Of a stretch of DNA of 64,000 bases, positions 61,162 through 64,000 are shown piece by piece (positions within the stretch are counted from its first letter, which is position 1; each line of letters opens with the position of its first letter). Under the pieces are notes generated by a model. That model did not search any database. It saw only the letters and a program-made list of their open reading frames with translations, and had not been told where the DNA came from. Source of the stretch: an uncultured bacterium (GTDB lineage Bacteria; Chloroflexota; UBA5177; JANWHV01); contig CAWHAE010000012.1 in NCBI GenBank assembly GCA_963827235.1, positions 32,001 to 96,000 on the forward strand, in the 5' to 3' direction. The position numbers and the translations under genes were made by a program.

Positions 61162-61554
61162 ATGCCGCTCACACCGCGATTTGCGTTCGCCTTGGCGTAT
61201 GTCTCAGATATTGAGGCGGCCAAGCGGTTCTACACCGATGTCATTGGGCTCACGGTCGAACGGGAAGCACCGGTATTTGTCCAGTTTATTGACCGAGCGG
61301 GCACCCGTTTTGCCGTCGCGAGCGACGAGTCGTTGAGTGGCGAGCGCGGCGTGGAGCTGTACTGGGTCGTGGACGATGCCGAGGCCGCCTTCCGGGAACT
61401 GGCGCCCAAAGCGGAGGTCCGACTCCCGCTCACGCAGAAACCGTTCGGCACGATCTTTGGCCTGAGTGATCCAGCCGGGCATCCGCAATACCTGATCGAG
61501 TTCGCTGCAAACCGGCCAAGCGAGCTGCGCGAATCGGGCCAAGCAGGCAAGTGA
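61162..61554 (+). CDS. VOC/glyoxalase family protein
   Basis: VSDIEAAKRFY..G, VDD, PFG...DPAG; GAGGAGG SD. Confidence 0.85.
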   Translation: MPLTPRFAFALAYVSDIEAAKRFYTDVIGLTVEREAPVFVQFIDRAGTRFAVASDESLSGERGVELYWVVDDAEAAFRELAPKAEVRLPLTQKPFGTIFGLSDPAGHPQYLIEFAANRPSELRESGQAGK

Positions 61555-61976
61555 CAGCATCACCTACGTAGCCCTGAACGAGCGACGCCACTGTGTGCGG
61601 CACCGGCTTGCCTTTCTCAGCACCAGTCGCGGCTGAGTTTGCCTGAGTAGATGTACAGGCCGTTCGCCACGCTGCCGCCTCCGGTGCGCCTTTGCTTCCC
61701 TGTGTCGGCGTCGCCCTCACCGGGGGCATGTCGTTGACGAGTGTATCTCAGTATCGATGCCTGCCGCGCCGTCGCAGCCACGGTGGCGATGTGACGTCGT
61801 CGGCTGTCAGAAAGCGGTCGGCGCGTTGACTTCGAGTTTGGGGTGAAGGCAAGGGCGGTCGCGGCGCCGCAGGGCGGCGGTATTGCCGGTCGCCTGCCCG
61901 ATATTTGCCCTGCAGGTATATTCGCAAGTGTTGGGAGGAACGCTGCCGGCGTGAGGAGCAACCGAGCCCGAGACTG

Positions 61977-64000
61977 ATGCCCAGAATTCCCGCACACACG
62001 CTCGTCTGGTCCGAAGAACTACGGCTCTATGAGCACTACACGCGAGGTCGGCGTGAGCGATCGGTGCGACCAGCAGATGACGCCGATTGGCAGGGCTGGC
62101 TGGCTCTGGCCGGCTCCTTCGCCTTCCATGGCGCCTCGGGCAGTCTGAACGTCTACCAGGAAGCCCGCCCGCGGGGCGGAAGGTACTGGTATGCCTACCA
62201 CACCGTCGGCAGGCGCACCCGCAAGCGGTACCTGGGATCGTCGGCCGGGATAACGCTCGCCCGCCTGGAAGAAACCGCGGGATCTCTCGCAGGCGAGACC
62301 GCGGCGTCCGTTCCGGCCGGCGCAGATGCCGGGCCACCGGCTGTGCAGCATTTCCCGATTCTGGCAAGCTCACTGGCTCCGCCGCATCTTCCGCACGCGG
62401 TGGTGGAGCGGCAGCGCTTGCTGGCCCTGCTCGACGGTGCGCTGTCGACCCCGCTGGTGCTGCTCTCGGCAGCGGCCGGCTGGGGCAAGACGACAGTGCT
62501 CACCGCATGGGCGAGCAGGCGCGCCGGCCCCGTCGCCTGGCTCTCGCTCAGCGAGCCAGACATGAGCGTGGCGCGCTTTTGGGCCGCACTGATCGCGGCG
62601 TTGCGCCGCAGCGACGCCTACGCGCCAGGCATGGGGGACACAGCGGCGGCGCTGCTGCAGTCGCCCCAGCCGCCACCGCTCTCCGCATGCGTGTCGGCCC
62701 TGCTGCGCGATCTGGACCGTTGTACGGCAAATCAGGGCCCGGTGGTACTCATCGTGGACGACTATCACGTGCTCGGCGACCCGGTAGTCCATGAGGGTAT
62801 GGGCTTCTTCCTGGAGCATCTGCCGGCGCATCTGCACGTGATCGTCTCCAGCCGGATAGATCCACCATTGCCCCTCGCGCGATGGCGCGTGCGCGGACAG
62901 CTCACCGAGATTCGCGCCGCGGATCTGCGCTTTGAGCTGGACGAGGCGCAGCGCTTGCTGGGTGCGCTTCTCTCTCCTCCGCTCGCGGACCACGAGGTGC
63001 ATGTGCTGGTCCAGCGTACGGAGGGCTGGGCCGCCGGACTCCACCTGGCAGCACTGGCCGCGCGGCAACGCATGGACCGCGCGGCGTTTGTGCAGGCGCT
63101 GACCGGCAGCCAGGGTTACCTGCTGGACTACGTACAAGAGGAGATCCTGAGTCGCTTGCCCCCGGACGCGCGCGACTTCCTGCTGCAAACCGCCGTCGTC
63201 ACGCCGCTCGACGCGCCTTTGTGCCAGGCCGTGACCGCACAGTGTACGAGCGCTATAAGCCGGCAGATGCTCACGCTCCTGGAGCGCGGCAATCTCTTCC
63301 TGGTTCCTCTGGACGAGCAGCGGGTCGTCTATCGTTTGCACGATCTGTTTCGCGAGGCGCTACTGGCGGTACTGCACGCCACGCAGCCGGAGATGGTGCC
63401 GATCCTGCATCACCGCGCGGCCGACTATTACGTGGCAGCAGGTCAGTGGCCTGACGCTATCGGCCATGCGATCGCCGCCACCGAGTATGGTCTGGCGGCA
63501 CGATTGCTCGCGCAGACGGCCGAGCAGTTCTGGCTGCGCGGAGAAGCGGCGAGGATGGCGAACTGGGTGCTGGCGCTCCCGCATTGGCTGGTGCGCGAGC
63601 ACGCCCAGCTGGTCCTGACCACGGCGCTCCACCTGCTCAACACCGTGGCGCAGACAACGCAGGAGCAGCGTGCCAGAGTCCAGCAGCAGGCGCGGCAGCT
63701 CATGGCCCGGGTCGAGGGCGCGCTGCTCCCGGTGGTGGGCGATGCCGGCGACCGGCACACTACCGCCCCGGCGGCTGCGCTCGGGGATGTACGTGTGGAC
63801 GAGCAAGCGCCCCGCCCAGACGAGGCGTTGCTGCGGCGGCGGCTGCGCCTGCTGCACCTGTTCCTGGTGGGGAGCGACGCGACGGCGCACGGTGACCTCG
63901 AGCGGCTGAGGAGCCTGGAGCCGGAGATAGAAGAGGAGCTGGACGCAGAGGACGAGCCTCTCTGGAAGATGGTGCCGCTCGCCCACAGCTTCGTGCTGCA
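61977..64000 (+). CDS. MalT-like (LuxR/STAND) transcriptional regulator, runs off the window
   Basis: Open frame from MPRIPAHTLVW; YWYAY, AAAGWGKTT, VDDYH, SR.DPPL, RTEGWAAGL, YRLHDLF. Confidence 0.88.
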   Translation, partial: MPRIPAHTLVWSEELRLYEHYTRGRRERSVRPADDADWQGWLALAGSFAFHGASGSLNVYQEARPRGGRYWYAYHTVGRRTRKRYLGSSAGITLARLEETAGSLAGETAASVPAGADAGPPAVQHFPILASSLAPPHLPHAVVERQRLLALLDGALSTPLVLLSAAAGWGKTTVLTAWASRRAGPVAWLSLSEPDMSVARFWAALIAALRRSDAYAPGMGDTAAALLQSPQPPPLSACVSALLRDLDRCTANQGPVVLIVDDYHVLGDPVVHEGMGFFLEHLPAHLHVIVSSRIDPPLPLARWRVRGQLTEIRAADLRFELDEAQRLLGALLSPPLADHEVHVLVQRTEGWAAGLHLAALAARQRMDRAAFVQALTGSQGYLLDYVQEEILSRLPPDARDFLLQTAVVTPLDAPLCQAVTAQCTSAISRQMLTLLERGNLFLVPLDEQRVVYRLHDLFREALLAVLHATQPEMVPILHHRAADYYVAAGQWPDAIGHAIAATEYGLAARLLAQTAEQFWLRGEAARMANWVLALPHWLVREHAQLVLTTALHLLNTVAQTTQEQRARVQQQARQLMARVEGALLPVVGDAGDRHTTAPAAALGDVRVDEQAPRPDEALLRRRLRLLHLFLVGSDATAHGDLERLRSLEPEIEEELDAEDEPLWKMVPLAHSFVL

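Overview
High-GC accessory region, probably from a Chloroflexota genome (inferred from the Chloroflexi-type 'FPxTGH..FW..GG..FG.PISE' surface repeats at 51.3-51.8 kb and a MalT-like regulator). I found no rRNA, tRNA, CRISPR array, transposase or integrase. The left half holds a serine hydrolase, an ACP-less methyltransferase/FAD oxidoreductase/cyclase/FabF operon, a decaying Rhs-PoNe/PoNi toxin island, ackA, an extended TerY-P (vWA/PP2C/kinase) operon, a stand-alone tail-less FtsZ paralogue near an amidase, and an XRE-TIR-STAND-TM-WD40 NLR-like gene with a terminal frameshift. The right half (36-57.6 kb) is a mosaic of secreted-protein genes built from duplicated blocks. The strongest novel candidate is element A, a ~285-bp minus-strand expression cassette present four times. 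Each copy has three ACAGT-like boxes at 12-bp spacing, a sigma70-type promoter, and a near-leaderless 42-codon uORF (substitutions mostly synonymous in copies 1-3). The uORF stop codon overlaps a covarying terminator-like hairpin that has a mutually exclusive alternative fold, followed by the SD and ATG. This looks like an undescribed leader-peptide attenuator that has been re-used in front of unrelated cargo genes. All calls were made by eye from motifs; no searches were run.
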